Shown: positions 43,556 through 52,262, counted from the first letter of the stretch. The stretch: 64,000 bases of DNA from Acidimicrobiales bacterium (GCA_965231915.1 OZ246892.1:1536151-1600150), one strand, 5' to 3'. Notes: generated from the sequence alone by a model not told the origin. Made by a program: numbers and translations.

Positions 43556-43720
43556 GAACTTTGGAAGCCCGTCGTCGGGGATCTGCATGTTGTCCTTGTA
43601 GCGGCCGCAGATACCGGTCGCTTCCCGGGCAGTGTTCATCGGTGCCGCAGCCATAAGGCCAGCTGCCTCGACCATAGGCGGTGACCATGATTGAATGGGA
43701 GCGTCTGCGGGACAAGTGCT

Positions 43721-43981
43721 TCAGTGGCCCTCAATAGCCCGCGGCGAGAGGAGGATGTGCTCCTCTCCATAGGCTTGGCCCTGGTTGTACTGCTCGATTG
43801 CCTCGTGGACATTGGCTGGTATGTCCTTGTGTCCGTTGAACCAGACTTTGCGGAGATACCGGCGAGCAGCTTTCGTTGCAGAGGCCTCGTCGTGGAACAA
43901 ATGAAGGTCGGCGCCATCATGTACGCCCCGCTCGATCAGCAGGACCCAGACACGGTGGTGATCATCAGTGGCGGTGGTCAT
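43721..43981 (-). CDS. hypothetical small protein (86 aa)
   Basis: MTTATDDHHRVWVLLIERGVHDGADLHLFHDEASATKAARRYLRKVWFNGHKDIPANVHEAIEQYNQGQAYGEEHILLSPRAIEGH has balanced composition. The upstream 80 aa of track ORF 43721..44221 are Arg/Pro/Val-rich and antisense to the next gene. I do not recognise a family. Confidence 0.45.
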   Translation of the reverse strand: MTTATDDHHRVWVLLIERGVHDGADLHLFHDEASATKAARRYLRKVWFNGHKDIPANVHEAIEQYNQGQAYGEEHILLSPRAIEGH

Positions 43982-43990
43982 GGGGTTTAA

Positions 43991-44200
43991 TTGTGCCCTT
44001 ACCCGACGTCGGGATGGTGGCACACTGGGTTGGTGGTCCCTGATCTGATCGTGTGTGTGGACTGCGGGGGGCAGTGCCACCGGATCACACACTGGCCTGA
44101 GGACGACCCGCCTGTGCCCGGCGACTCGGTGGCCTACCGGTGCTCGGACTGCGGTGACCGCTGGGACATGGTGCTCGACCCGGAGGATTTCGACGACTGA
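43991..44200 (+). CDS. hypothetical zinc-ribbon protein (two CxxC pairs)
   Basis: Contains CVDCGG...24 aa...CSDCGDRWDMVLDPEDFDD. It is divergent from the 86-aa gene. The start is uncertain: TTG 43991 or an internal GTG near 44033. Confidence 0.45.
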   Translation: MCPYPTSGWWHTGLVVPDLIVCVDCGGQCHRITHWPEDDPPVPGDSVAYRCSDCGDRWDMVLDPEDFDD

Positions 44201-44279
44201 TCGTCTCAGTTGCCTCGTCACTGGTGATTCGTATGATCTAGTGTCGAGTTAAGTTACACTTTTAGTTATAGGTAGTTAT

Positions 44280-45107
44280 ATGCCGGGCAGCACGCCTCCA
44301 TTCCCCAACCCGCCTCTGGTCTTGACCGTGCTGGAGATCCGCTATCCCGAGATTGCAGACGGGCTGGGAGACAGCGAGCGGGTGGGCCTCAAGAACTCAC
44401 TGAACGAGTATTTGCCCCTGATGGAGTCCAAGATCGAAGAACAGTTCGCGGTGGCGGTCGGGGCATCGGGCCCTGCGTCTGTTCAGCGCCGGATGTTCCC
44501 GCGGTTCGGCACTCGGGATCGGACCACAGCCCTGTTGGTCAAGCAGGATGCCCTTGTATTGGAGACTACGGCCTATGCGGGCTGGGAGGAGCACTTTCGC
44601 CCCCTTGTGGGCGAAGTGGTTGCCGCGCTGGAGCGGGTGAGCCGACCTGACGGTGTGCTGAGAGTCGGGCTTCGCTATATCGACGAAATCCGAGTTCCCG
44701 GCATCGAGTCGGCGCCAGGCGATTGGCGGGGCTACATCGACAAGCATCTGTTGGCAGGGGCTGCTCCCGAATTCATCCCCGAACACATGCGACCATCCGT
44801 TTGGCAGGGAGTAGCGCAGTACCAGACGACGACCGGCTCGACACTGGCCGTCCGCTACGGCCCACAGGAGGGCTACGCAGTGGATCCCCAGAGTCCGACA
44901 CGCCGTAAGAATCCGCCTCGTTCGGGACTCTTTTTTCTGCTGGACTCAGATTCATACTGGCTGGGGGACGAAGAGGTGCCGGAGTTCAATGCAGACTGGA
45001 TTCTTGAGCGTTGCGACCTGCTGCATGCACCGGCTCGGGAGTTTTTCAAGATCGCAGTTACTGACAAGCTGCGTGACGAAGTGTTCAGCCAACCAGTGGG
45101 GGAGTGA
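44280..45107 (+). CDS. TIGR04255-family protein (uncharacterised)
   Basis: The N-terminus NPPLVLTVLEIRYPE, the central LRVGLRYIDEIRV and the C-terminal FFLLDSDSYW match my memory of the TIGR04255 pattern. It is preceded by an AT-rich stretch with no obvious SD. Confidence 0.7.
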   Translation: MPGSTPPFPNPPLVLTVLEIRYPEIADGLGDSERVGLKNSLNEYLPLMESKIEEQFAVAVGASGPASVQRRMFPRFGTRDRTTALLVKQDALVLETTAYAGWEEHFRPLVGEVVAALERVSRPDGVLRVGLRYIDEIRVPGIESAPGDWRGYIDKHLLAGAAPEFIPEHMRPSVWQGVAQYQTTTGSTLAVRYGPQEGYAVDPQSPTRRKNPPRSGLFFLLDSDSYWLGDEEVPEFNADWILERCDLLHAPAREFFKIAVTDKLRDEVFSQPVGE

Positions 45108-45110
45108 GTA

Positions 45111-45779
45111 ATGGGAAAAGCTGACTTGATCGGGCAGTCGCCAACTGGTGCATCGATCGGCCGCCACTGGGACATCGATCCCCCTACTCGAACGATCAGC
45201 GATGTGGTCGAAGAGGCTGGCCATCTGAGGAACCAGACGAAGCTCTTGGCTGATGACACAAGCCAACTGCACTTGTCGGTAGATGTGCTGCATTCCGATG
45301 CGTTGGCGGTCGAGTTGCAGGCTTCGGCCATTCAACGGGCCAGGGAGGATCTGACCGGGCTGCTTCAGCAACTGAACGGGTTGGGGTTCTCGTGGCGGGC
45401 TATCGCCCGTGTCGCCCAAGTATCGGTCCCCGCTTTGCGAAAGTGGCGCATGGGCTCGCCTGCCACCGGCGAGAACCGCAGGCGGGTGGCTCAGATGGCA
45501 GCCCTCTGCCAAATGGCCAGCGACAAATATCTGATTGAGGACATTGCTGGTTGGCTGGAAACGCCCTTGCACGCTGACGCACCGATCACTGGGTTGGACC
45601 TGCTAGCAGGAGATCGTTCAGACCTTGTGCTGCGGCTGGTCTGTGACCGTGGAGAGAACCCTGAGCATGTGCTGGACGATTTTGAATCGGGATGGCGAGA
45701 TCGCTACGCGTCAGCAGTCGAGGTTTTTACCGCGCCTGATGGTTTGCCAGGAGTGCGGCTCGTCGAGCAAGAGGGTTGA
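45111..45779 (+). CDS. HTH (Xre-like) protein with a DUF2384/ParS/MbcA-like C-terminal antitoxin domain
   Basis: Contains the HTH GFSWRAIARVAQVSVPALRKWRMG and the C-terminal GWLETPLHADAPITGLDLLAGDRSDLVLRLV (DUF2384-like). The ATG lies 3 nt after the upstream stop, with GGGGGAG inside the upstream gene's 3' end. Confidence 0.65.
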   Translation: MGKADLIGQSPTGASIGRHWDIDPPTRTISDVVEEAGHLRNQTKLLADDTSQLHLSVDVLHSDALAVELQASAIQRAREDLTGLLQQLNGLGFSWRAIARVAQVSVPALRKWRMGSPATGENRRRVAQMAALCQMASDKYLIEDIAGWLETPLHADAPITGLDLLAGDRSDLVLRLVCDRGENPEHVLDDFESGWRDRYASAVEVFTAPDGLPGVRLVEQEG

Positions 45780-45996
45780 AGTAGCGAGTTGCCGCAGGAA
45801 GAACTCGAGTGCCCAGCCTCAGCTTCAGACCTCTACCTCGCAGCATCGCCAGAAGAGGTGGAGGCTGCCCGCCCTGTGCTGACCGGTGATGTCTTTCCCG
45901 GTCTTCAGATGAATCGGGGGCAACTCGACAAGATCAGATCAAGGCACCGCAGCGGCGAGCGGGGTTGCGGCGGCAGATGAGGAGTCACCTGCGGGC

Positions 45997-46968
45997 CTAG
46001 CGCAGTAGCGAGGCGACCCAGGTGTCGATGCGGGCGGCGTGGGTTTTGGCCATCTCGGAGGGGAAGACTATGAAGCCGTGGGGGGAGTCGGGGTAGACGG
46101 CCAGCTCCACTGGCGACTCGGCGGCGGCCAGTCGGGTGGCGAAGAACAGCGAGTCGTCCAGCAGGTGGTCCAAGGTGCCCACCGACACCAGGCAGGGGGG
46201 AAGCCCGGATAGATCGGCGAACAGGGGTGACACGTCGGGGTCGCGCTTTTCGGCCTCGGACATGTCGGGAATGAACGACTCGAGCATCATCTGCATTTCC
46301 TCGGGGCTCAACATATCGGGCCGGCCGCCGTTGCCGAAGATGGACGGGGTCCCCCGCAGGTCGTACCAGCCGAACACCAGATTGGCTCCAAGCACCCGGT
46401 CGATGGCCCCGAGCCGGTCTCGCGCCCGAAGTAGGGTGACCGCGGCCAGATGCCCGCCAGCGGACTCGCCCCCGATGAACATCTTGTCGGTTCCCCAGCG
46501 CTCGGGGCCGTGCTCCAGCATCCAGGCCGCGGCCGCCTCGCAGTCGTCGGGACCGGCCGGATAGGGGTGTTCGGGGGCCAGACGGTAGTCCACCGACAAA
46601 ACGGCCAGTCCGTGGTGCTTGGCCAAGTGCTCGTTTTCGAGGTCGGAGATCTGGGGACGGCCCACAATCCAGCCTCCCCCATGGATGTGCAGGAACATGG
46701 CCCGGGGCTCGTCGGGCACGAACAACCGCACCGGGATCTCGCCAGCCGGTCCCGGAATGGCGGCCTCGACTGCCATCGGCGATGGGTCGGGCTCAAACTG
46801 GATGATGTACTGCCGCCGAGCCTCGAGTTGCTGCCGCTTAGCCTCGGCTTGTTCCACCGGGTCGTCAATCTGTTGCTGCGCGCCCTCTCCTTCGGCTGAG
46901 GGGATGTGGTCCAGCATGGCTCGGGCCTCGGCACGGTATCCGTCGATCGTGTCATCCCAGAGTCTCAT
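45997..46968 (-). CDS. alpha/beta hydrolase (hormone-sensitive-lipase-type esterase)
   Basis: Contains the HGGGW oxyanion motif and the GESAGG nucleophile elbow. ATG 46968 is preceded by AGGAGA 5 nt upstream. The track ORF extends to 47031. Confidence 0.85.
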   Translation of the reverse strand: MRLWDDTIDGYRAEARAMLDHIPSAEGEGAQQQIDDPVEQAEAKRQQLEARRQYIIQFEPDPSPMAVEAAIPGPAGEIPVRLFVPDEPRAMFLHIHGGGWIVGRPQISDLENEHLAKHHGLAVLSVDYRLAPEHPYPAGPDDCEAAAAWMLEHGPERWGTDKMFIGGESAGGHLAAVTLLRARDRLGAIDRVLGANLVFGWYDLRGTPSIFGNGGRPDMLSPEEMQMMLESFIPDMSEAEKRDPDVSPLFADLSGLPPCLVSVGTLDHLLDDSLFFATRLAAAESPVELAVYPDSPHGFIVFPSEMAKTHAARIDTWVASLLR

Positions 46969-47056
46969 CGGTGTCTCCTGTCTAGTCGGGTTGCAGCGTG
47001 CTGCTGGCAGACTCGCCTCGTGCCTCCGCACCAGGCGGTACTACGTTGCCCCTTTT

Positions 47057-47860
47057 GTGGGCGACGATGCCATTTTCTACATGGACGGCGACACCGTCGT
47101 CCCGACTATCAACGCGCAGGGACCGTGGGACCTTGGTGCTCAGCACGGCGGGGCGGTAGCCGGGCTGTTGGCCCGGGCGGTGGAGCAAGTGCCCACGCCG
47201 GTGCCGATGCGGGTGGCCCGCTTCACCCTCGACATGCTGCGGCGGGTGCCGGTGAAGCCGCTGGCCGTCTCCACTGAGGTGCTCCGCACCGGCAAGCGGA
47301 TCCAAACAGCGCGGGCCAACCTTTGCGACGGAGACCGGTTGGTAGCTTCCGCAGTGGCGGTCTCGGTGCGCACCGGTGCTGAGATCGAGGTCTTTCCCGA
47401 CCGCCAGCCCGACGCTCCGCGGCCTCCTCCGCCGGGCAGCGCCGAGAAGCCCCTGGCATTCAACCCCCGGGAGTCGATGCCCGAGGGCTTTCCCCACGTG
47501 GTGGAGTTCGACCGGGTGGTGGGCAGCCACCGCAGCGGCACACCCAGCAAGACATGGGTTCGCCTGTTGGTGCCGTTCATGAGGGGTGAGGTGACGTCGC
47601 CGCTGGTCAACCTGATGGCCATGTCTGACTTCACCAGCGGCTTGGGGTCTTTTCTGCCCTTCGACCAGTACGTGTCCATCAACACCGACCTGAGCATCCA
47701 CGTACTGCGCTATCCGGCCGGCGAACACATCGGCATCGACGCCGAGACTTGGGCCGACGCCGATGGGATCGGCCAATCCCGAGCCCGGCTGTTCGATGAG
47801 GCCGGCCTGTGCGCCCTCAGCAACGCGTCCCTGTTCATCGAGACCCGCAGCCGCTACTGA
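47057..47860 (+). CDS. thioesterase-superfamily protein (acyl-CoA thioesterase-like)
   Basis: GPWDLGAQHGGAVAGLLARAVE plus a second hot-dog-like half. GTG 47057 was chosen as start. Track ORF 46619..47860 is antisense to the esterase gene at its 5' end. Confidence 0.55.
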   Translation: MGDDAIFYMDGDTVVPTINAQGPWDLGAQHGGAVAGLLARAVEQVPTPVPMRVARFTLDMLRRVPVKPLAVSTEVLRTGKRIQTARANLCDGDRLVASAVAVSVRTGAEIEVFPDRQPDAPRPPPPGSAEKPLAFNPRESMPEGFPHVVEFDRVVGSHRSGTPSKTWVRLLVPFMRGEVTSPLVNLMAMSDFTSGLGSFLPFDQYVSINTDLSIHVLRYPAGEHIGIDAETWADADGIGQSRARLFDEAGLCALSNASLFIETRSRY

Positions 47861-47879
47861 GCGGACAGCACTAGCAAGG

Positions 47880-48665
47880 TCAAGGTCCGCTAAGCGCGGC
47901 GATGTCGTCGAAGCCCACCACATGGCCGCTCCAGTCGTCGGGCTGGAGGATAATCCAGTCGGCGCACTCTGCGGTGTATTCGGGGGTCTTCAGGGTCTCG
48001 AGTCCGGCCCCGCCGGTGGCGATCTCCGCGCCCTGGGTGTTGTAGACGTGCCACCACCCCTCGGTGGACACGATGGCGTCCACCCGCAGCACGTTGAACG
48101 CCACCCCCTTACCCCCCAACTCCAGGTGCATGGAGGCGTTCCAGCGCTCCATGGCCTGCTTCGAGGTTGAGTACAGCGCCAGATTGGGGCTGATGGCGGT
48201 GGCCGACCCCGAGCTCACGCTGAGCACCCGGCCCGAACCCCGCTCCAGCATTCCCGGCACGAAGCCCTGGCAGAGCTGCATCGGCCCTACCACCTGCACC
48301 CGGAAAGCCCGCTCCCAGCGCGACCAGGGCACGTCGATGATCGGGCCGTTGGAGGTGTAGCCCGCGTTGTTCACCAAGATGTCGCATCCCCCGTACCACT
48401 CCAGCGTCTGTTCCACGATGCGGGCGGTGTCGTCGGGCGAGGTCAGGTTGGCCTGTACGCTGCGGGCCTCGATCCCCTCGGCGCCCAGGGCAGCCACTAC
48501 TTCGGGCAGCGATCCCGGAAGCACGGCTTCAGGATCGTCGGTCCCGGTACGGCCTACCACCACCAGTCGGGCGCCGGCTCGGCCCAGCCGGAAGGCGATC
48601 TGGCGGCCGATGCCCCGAGTGGCCCCGGTGACCACGGCCACCGATCCTTCGACAGAAAACGACAT
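47880..48665 (-). CDS. SDR family oxidoreductase
   Basis: Contains the VTGATRGIGR, NNAG and YSTSK motifs. Confidence 0.9.
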   Translation of the reverse strand: MSFSVEGSVAVVTGATRGIGRQIAFRLGRAGARLVVVGRTGTDDPEAVLPGSLPEVVAALGAEGIEARSVQANLTSPDDTARIVEQTLEWYGGCDILVNNAGYTSNGPIIDVPWSRWERAFRVQVVGPMQLCQGFVPGMLERGSGRVLSVSSGSATAISPNLALYSTSKQAMERWNASMHLELGGKGVAFNVLRVDAIVSTEGWWHVYNTQGAEIATGGAGLETLKTPEYTAECADWIILQPDDWSGHVVGFDDIAALSGP

Positions 48666-48675
48666 GCCTGGACCT

Positions 48676-48841
48676 TAGTGGTGTGTCTTGGGTTTATTCG
48701 CGCGTGTCCTGCTAGGCATCGACGTCCCTCGCTGCGTTGCTCCTCCTTGCCGTACGCTCCGGGTATGGCTGCGTCGGTGCGCCTTGCGAGGAACGCCGCT
48801 GCCGTCGCAATCCACGGCGCTAAACCCAAGACACACCACTA
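48676..48841. repeat. 166-bp element bounded by perfect 21-bp terminal inverted repeats (MITE-like)
   Basis: TAGTGGTGTGTCTTGGGTTTA (48676..48696) is the exact reverse complement of TAAACCCAAGACACACCACTA (48821..48841). The interior is an imperfect long palindrome. The element fills the ppgK-SDR intergenic gap. Confidence 0.85.
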
Positions 48842-49606
48842 GTGGTGGGATGCGGCTCCGCCGACCGACGCCATAGCCGCTCCGACGATCCCGGCGTTGT
48901 TGCGCATCTGGGCGACGACGAACTCGGTGTCAATGTCCAACAACGGGCCCCATTTGTCGAAGTTCTTGCTGATGCCGCCGCCGAGTATGAACAGGCCAGG
49001 CGAGATGATCTTCTCAAGATGCTCCAAGTACTCCTGCACTCGACCAACCCACGTTCGCCAGTCCAAGTCATCCCGCTGGCGGACCCTGGCTGCCGTGTAC
49101 ATCTCCACGTCGTCGACATGGCCAGCGAGGTAGAGGTGGCCGAACTCGGTGTTGGGCACCAGGCTCCCGTTCACGAATACCGAGCTGCCGATTCCCGTGC
49201 CAAAAGCGGTAAAGCACACAGTCCCCGAGCGGCCCACTCCGGCACCGTGGGTCATTTCGGCGATTCCCGCGGCATCGGCGTCGTTGATGATCGTCACTGG
49301 GGCGCCGATCCGGTCGCTCATCGTCTTGGCGATATCGACGCCGGCCCATGAATCGTCCAAGTGGGCCACCCACTTGACGGTGCCCCCGGTAATGGGTGCG
49401 GGAAAGGCGCACCCCACCGGGCCATCCCACCCGAACGATGTCACCAGGTCAGCCACCACATCGGCCACCTTGTCGGGAGTGCCTGGTTTGGGAGTGGGGA
49501 TCCGGTAGCGCTTCCCGAGGAGATCGCCGGATTCCACATCCACCGGCGCGGCCTTCATGCCGCTTCCCCCTATGTCGATTCCGAATGCTGCGCTCATTGC
49601 CGTCAC
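48839..49606 (-). CDS. ppgK: polyphosphate glucokinase (ROK family)
   Basis: Contains FGIDIGGSGMKAAPVD and a ROK-family body resembling actinobacterial PPGK. The start is GTG 49606 or ATG 49597. Confidence 0.85.
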   Translation of the reverse strand: MTAMSAAFGIDIGGSGMKAAPVDVESGDLLGKRYRIPTPKPGTPDKVADVVADLVTSFGWDGPVGCAFPAPITGGTVKWVAHLDDSWAGVDIAKTMSDRIGAPVTIINDADAAGIAEMTHGAGVGRSGTVCFTAFGTGIGSSVFVNGSLVPNTEFGHLYLAGHVDDVEMYTAARVRQRDDLDWRTWVGRVQEYLEHLEKIISPGLFILGGGISKNFDKWGPLLDIDTEFVVAQMRNNAGIVGAAMASVGGAASHH

Positions 49607-49738
49607 CGGTTTCCCGCCCGACGAAAGTACCAGCGGCCCTCCTCACTAGGGGAGTCGAGCGCGGGTTGCGCGAAGCTGGAGAGCGGAGCTGAGGGCTGGG
49701 ACACACCCGAAGCTGATCACCGGGACGGAGGACGAGCA

Positions 49739-50533
49739 ATGGTTGGCATGCTGGATGGACGGGTGGCGCTGGTGTCGGGGATCGGGCCTGGTCTGGGAAT
49801 CGAGATCGCCCGGCTGTATGCCCGGGAAGGGGCCGACATCGTGTTGGGCGCCCGCCGTACCGAGCTGATGGAGTCGCTGGCTGCGGAAATAGAGGCGATG
49901 GGCCGCCGCACGGTGTGGCAGTCGACTGACATTACTGATGCCGCCCAGTGCCAGGCGCTGGTCGACGCCGCAGTGGAGAAGCTGGGGCGGCTGGACGTCT
50001 GTGTGAACAACGCCTTCAACGACGGCTTTCCCGTCATCAACGTGGAGGACGCCGACCTGGACCGCTGGAGAAGCGTGTTCGACGTTAACTTCTTCGGTTC
50101 GCTGAACATGACCCGGGCGTGCATTCCCGCCCTGAGAGCATCCGAAGCCGGGCGCGTCATCTTCATCAACACCATGTCCATCCGCATCCGGCAGGCGGGA
50201 TGGGGGGCATACAGCAGCTCCAAGGCCGCGTTGGAGAACATCACCAAGATCCTGGCCAAGGAGCTGGGTCCCGACGGCATCCGGGTGAACAGCGTTCTTC
50301 CCGGCTACATCTTTGCCGACGCGGTCCGCAACTTCCTCGAGTCCCAGGCCGACGCCCGTGGGGTGGACTACCAGGTGGTCTATGACGAGACCGCCGGCGA
50401 GACCGCGCTGAAGTACCTCCCTGATGCCGACGAGATCGCCGGAGCAGCCCTGTTCTTCGCTTCTGACCTCTCATTGCCCATTACCGGGGCCTCTTTGGAC
50501 GTCAACGCCGGGCACTGGATCGGCGGTTCGTGA
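49739..50533 (+). CDS. SDR family oxidoreductase
   Basis: Contains VSGIGPGLG and YSSSK. GGAGGA lies upstream of ATG 49739. Track ORF 49361..50533 is over-extended. Confidence 0.85.
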   Translation: MVGMLDGRVALVSGIGPGLGIEIARLYAREGADIVLGARRTELMESLAAEIEAMGRRTVWQSTDITDAAQCQALVDAAVEKLGRLDVCVNNAFNDGFPVINVEDADLDRWRSVFDVNFFGSLNMTRACIPALRASEAGRVIFINTMSIRIRQAGWGAYSSSKAALENITKILAKELGPDGIRVNSVLPGYIFADAVRNFLESQADARGVDYQVVYDETAGETALKYLPDADEIAGAALFFASDLSLPITGASLDVNAGHWIGGS

Positions 50534-50558
50534 CCGGCAAGCGTCCGTCGAGGGCCGC

Positions 50559-52262
50559 ATGAGCGACGGCACCCCCGCTGGAATCGCCGTCGCCGAGGTG
50601 CTGGCCGAATCGGGGATTACCCACGTGTTCGGCGTGCCCGGTGGATATTCCATCAAGGTGTTCGACGGGCTGAGGACAGTGGCCGACCGGGTGCGCAGCG
50701 TGAGGGCGGCCCACGAGCATCAGGCGTCGGTCATGGCTGAGATGTATGGCCGCCTCACCGGTCGCCCAGGGGTGTTCACCGGCCAGGGGCCGTTCGCCGC
50801 CTCCTCCGGCGGATTCGGATTGATGGAGGGATACCTGTCGGGCACTCCCATGCTGGTCCTCACCGAGATGACCGACCACGGCATACCCCAGCACGCCCCC
50901 ACCCAGGGCACCACCGGCGACTACGGGTCGGTGGATTTGCCCCGCATCCTGTCGGGGATGACCAAGTACATGAGCGTGGCCACCACCCCCAACGAGGCGG
51001 TGCATGCCGTGGAGCTGGCCATCCACCACGCCACCTCGGGCCGTCCCGGCCCTGCGGCGGTGGTGTTCCGCCTCGACGCCATCTTCCGGCGCACCGATGA
51101 CTCTCGCCATCCCCGCCTCTACCGGCGAACTCGGGTGTCATCGGCAGCCCCACCCCGTCCGGACGCGTCGGCAGTGACTGCGATGGCCGATCTGCTGTCC
51201 ACGGCCCAGCGTCCGGTGGTTGTGGCTGGCAACGGCATCCACCAGGCCCAGTCTTACGACCAGTTGGACGCCCTGGCCCGCCGAGCCGCCGTACCGGTGG
51301 TGACCACGGCCAAGGCCCGTGGAGTCATCGCCGACGACCACCCGTGGGCGGGCGGGCCCCTCAGCCCGTTCGGCTGGCAGGGGGCATTCGAGCTGCTGGC
51401 CCGAGCTGACGCCGTGGTTGTGCTGGGATCGCGCCTCAACCCCCACGACACCCTGGTGGAGTCGCCCACCTGGCTGGACGCCGACCGCCAGCGCATCGTG
51501 CAGGTAGACATCGAGGCTGCCAACTTGGGGGTGAGCTTCCCAGTGGAGCTCGGCGTGCATGCCGACTTGGGTACCCTCCTGGGCGAGCTCGTGCCCGCGG
51601 TGGGCGTGGACGAGGAACTGGCCGCCGACCGGTGGGCCGACCTGGCCGACATCAAGTCGAGGGCCGAAGATCCTCCGGTGCTGCACGAGTCGGCCAGCCC
51701 GGTGCCACCCCAGCGGGTGATGCAGGTGCTCAACGATGTGTGGCCGTCCGATGGCCGTATCACCCTGGATGCCGGCAACAACCGAATCTTCGCCTACCGC
51801 TATCTCAAGGCTCGCACCCCGGGGCGGCTTCACTTGCCGGGCGGGCATCTGGGCATGGGCTGGGGTCCGCCCGCGGCGCTGGCTGCGGCCATGGTTCACC
51901 CCAGCGAAAGGGTGCTGTCGATCAGCGGCGATGGCGGGTTCTTGATGTCGTTACACAACTTGGCGACCGCGGTGGAGTACGACCTGCCGGTCACTTTCTT
52001 GGTGCTCAACAACCGGATGCTGGGGAACGTCTACGACTTCCAGGGGCCGGACCGCCGCACTGCGGTGGATATCGGCGACCACGATTTCGCTGCGGTGGCC
52101 CGAGCCTTCGGCATGGACGGCCACCGGGTGGACGACGACACCTCGCTGGCTGACGCCCTCGCCTCGTCGCTTTCTGCCGATGGTCCAGTGCTGATCGAAG
52201 TGTCCACTGACCCCGACCAGTCGTCCGACCTCGTGCGGGTTCGCGACTCCCGCTCATCGTGA
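50559..52262 (+). CDS. thiamine-pyrophosphate-dependent enzyme (acetolactate-synthase-like)
   Basis: Contains GITHVFGVPGG at the N-terminus and the TPP-binding motif GDGGFLMSLHNLATAVEYDLPVTFLVLNN. Confidence 0.85.
   Translation: MSDGTPAGIAVAEVLAESGITHVFGVPGGYSIKVFDGLRTVADRVRSVRAAHEHQASVMAEMYGRLTGRPGVFTGQGPFAASSGGFGLMEGYLSGTPMLVLTEMTDHGIPQHAPTQGTTGDYGSVDLPRILSGMTKYMSVATTPNEAVHAVELAIHHATSGRPGPAAVVFRLDAIFRRTDDSRHPRLYRRTRVSSAAPPRPDASAVTAMADLLSTAQRPVVVAGNGIHQAQSYDQLDALARRAAVPVVTTAKARGVIADDHPWAGGPLSPFGWQGAFELLARADAVVVLGSRLNPHDTLVESPTWLDADRQRIVQVDIEAANLGVSFPVELGVHADLGTLLGELVPAVGVDEELAADRWADLADIKSRAEDPPVLHESASPVPPQRVMQVLNDVWPSDGRITLDAGNNRIFAYRYLKARTPGRLHLPGGHLGMGWGPPAALAAAMVHPSERVLSISGDGGFLMSLHNLATAVEYDLPVTFLVLNNRMLGNVYDFQGPDRRTAVDIGDHDFAAVARAFGMDGHRVDDDTSLADALASSLSADGPVLIEVSTDPDQSSDLVRVRDSRSS

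Noticed and set aside
43556-43675. A minus-strand peptide ...ATGICGRYKDNMQ... resembling the MCGRY N-terminus of SRAP/YedK proteins.
   Set aside because: The Cys is not at position 2 of any ORF, since it is preceded by ATC. The downstream sequence overlaps the helicase 3' end and has no further SRAP-like motifs.
47861-47890. A GCGGAC...GTCCGC 6-bp inverted repeat between the convergent thioesterase and SDR genes.
   Set aside because: The stem is short, the loop is 18 nt, there is no U-tract, and it overlaps the SDR stop codon. The evidence is too weak for a terminator call.
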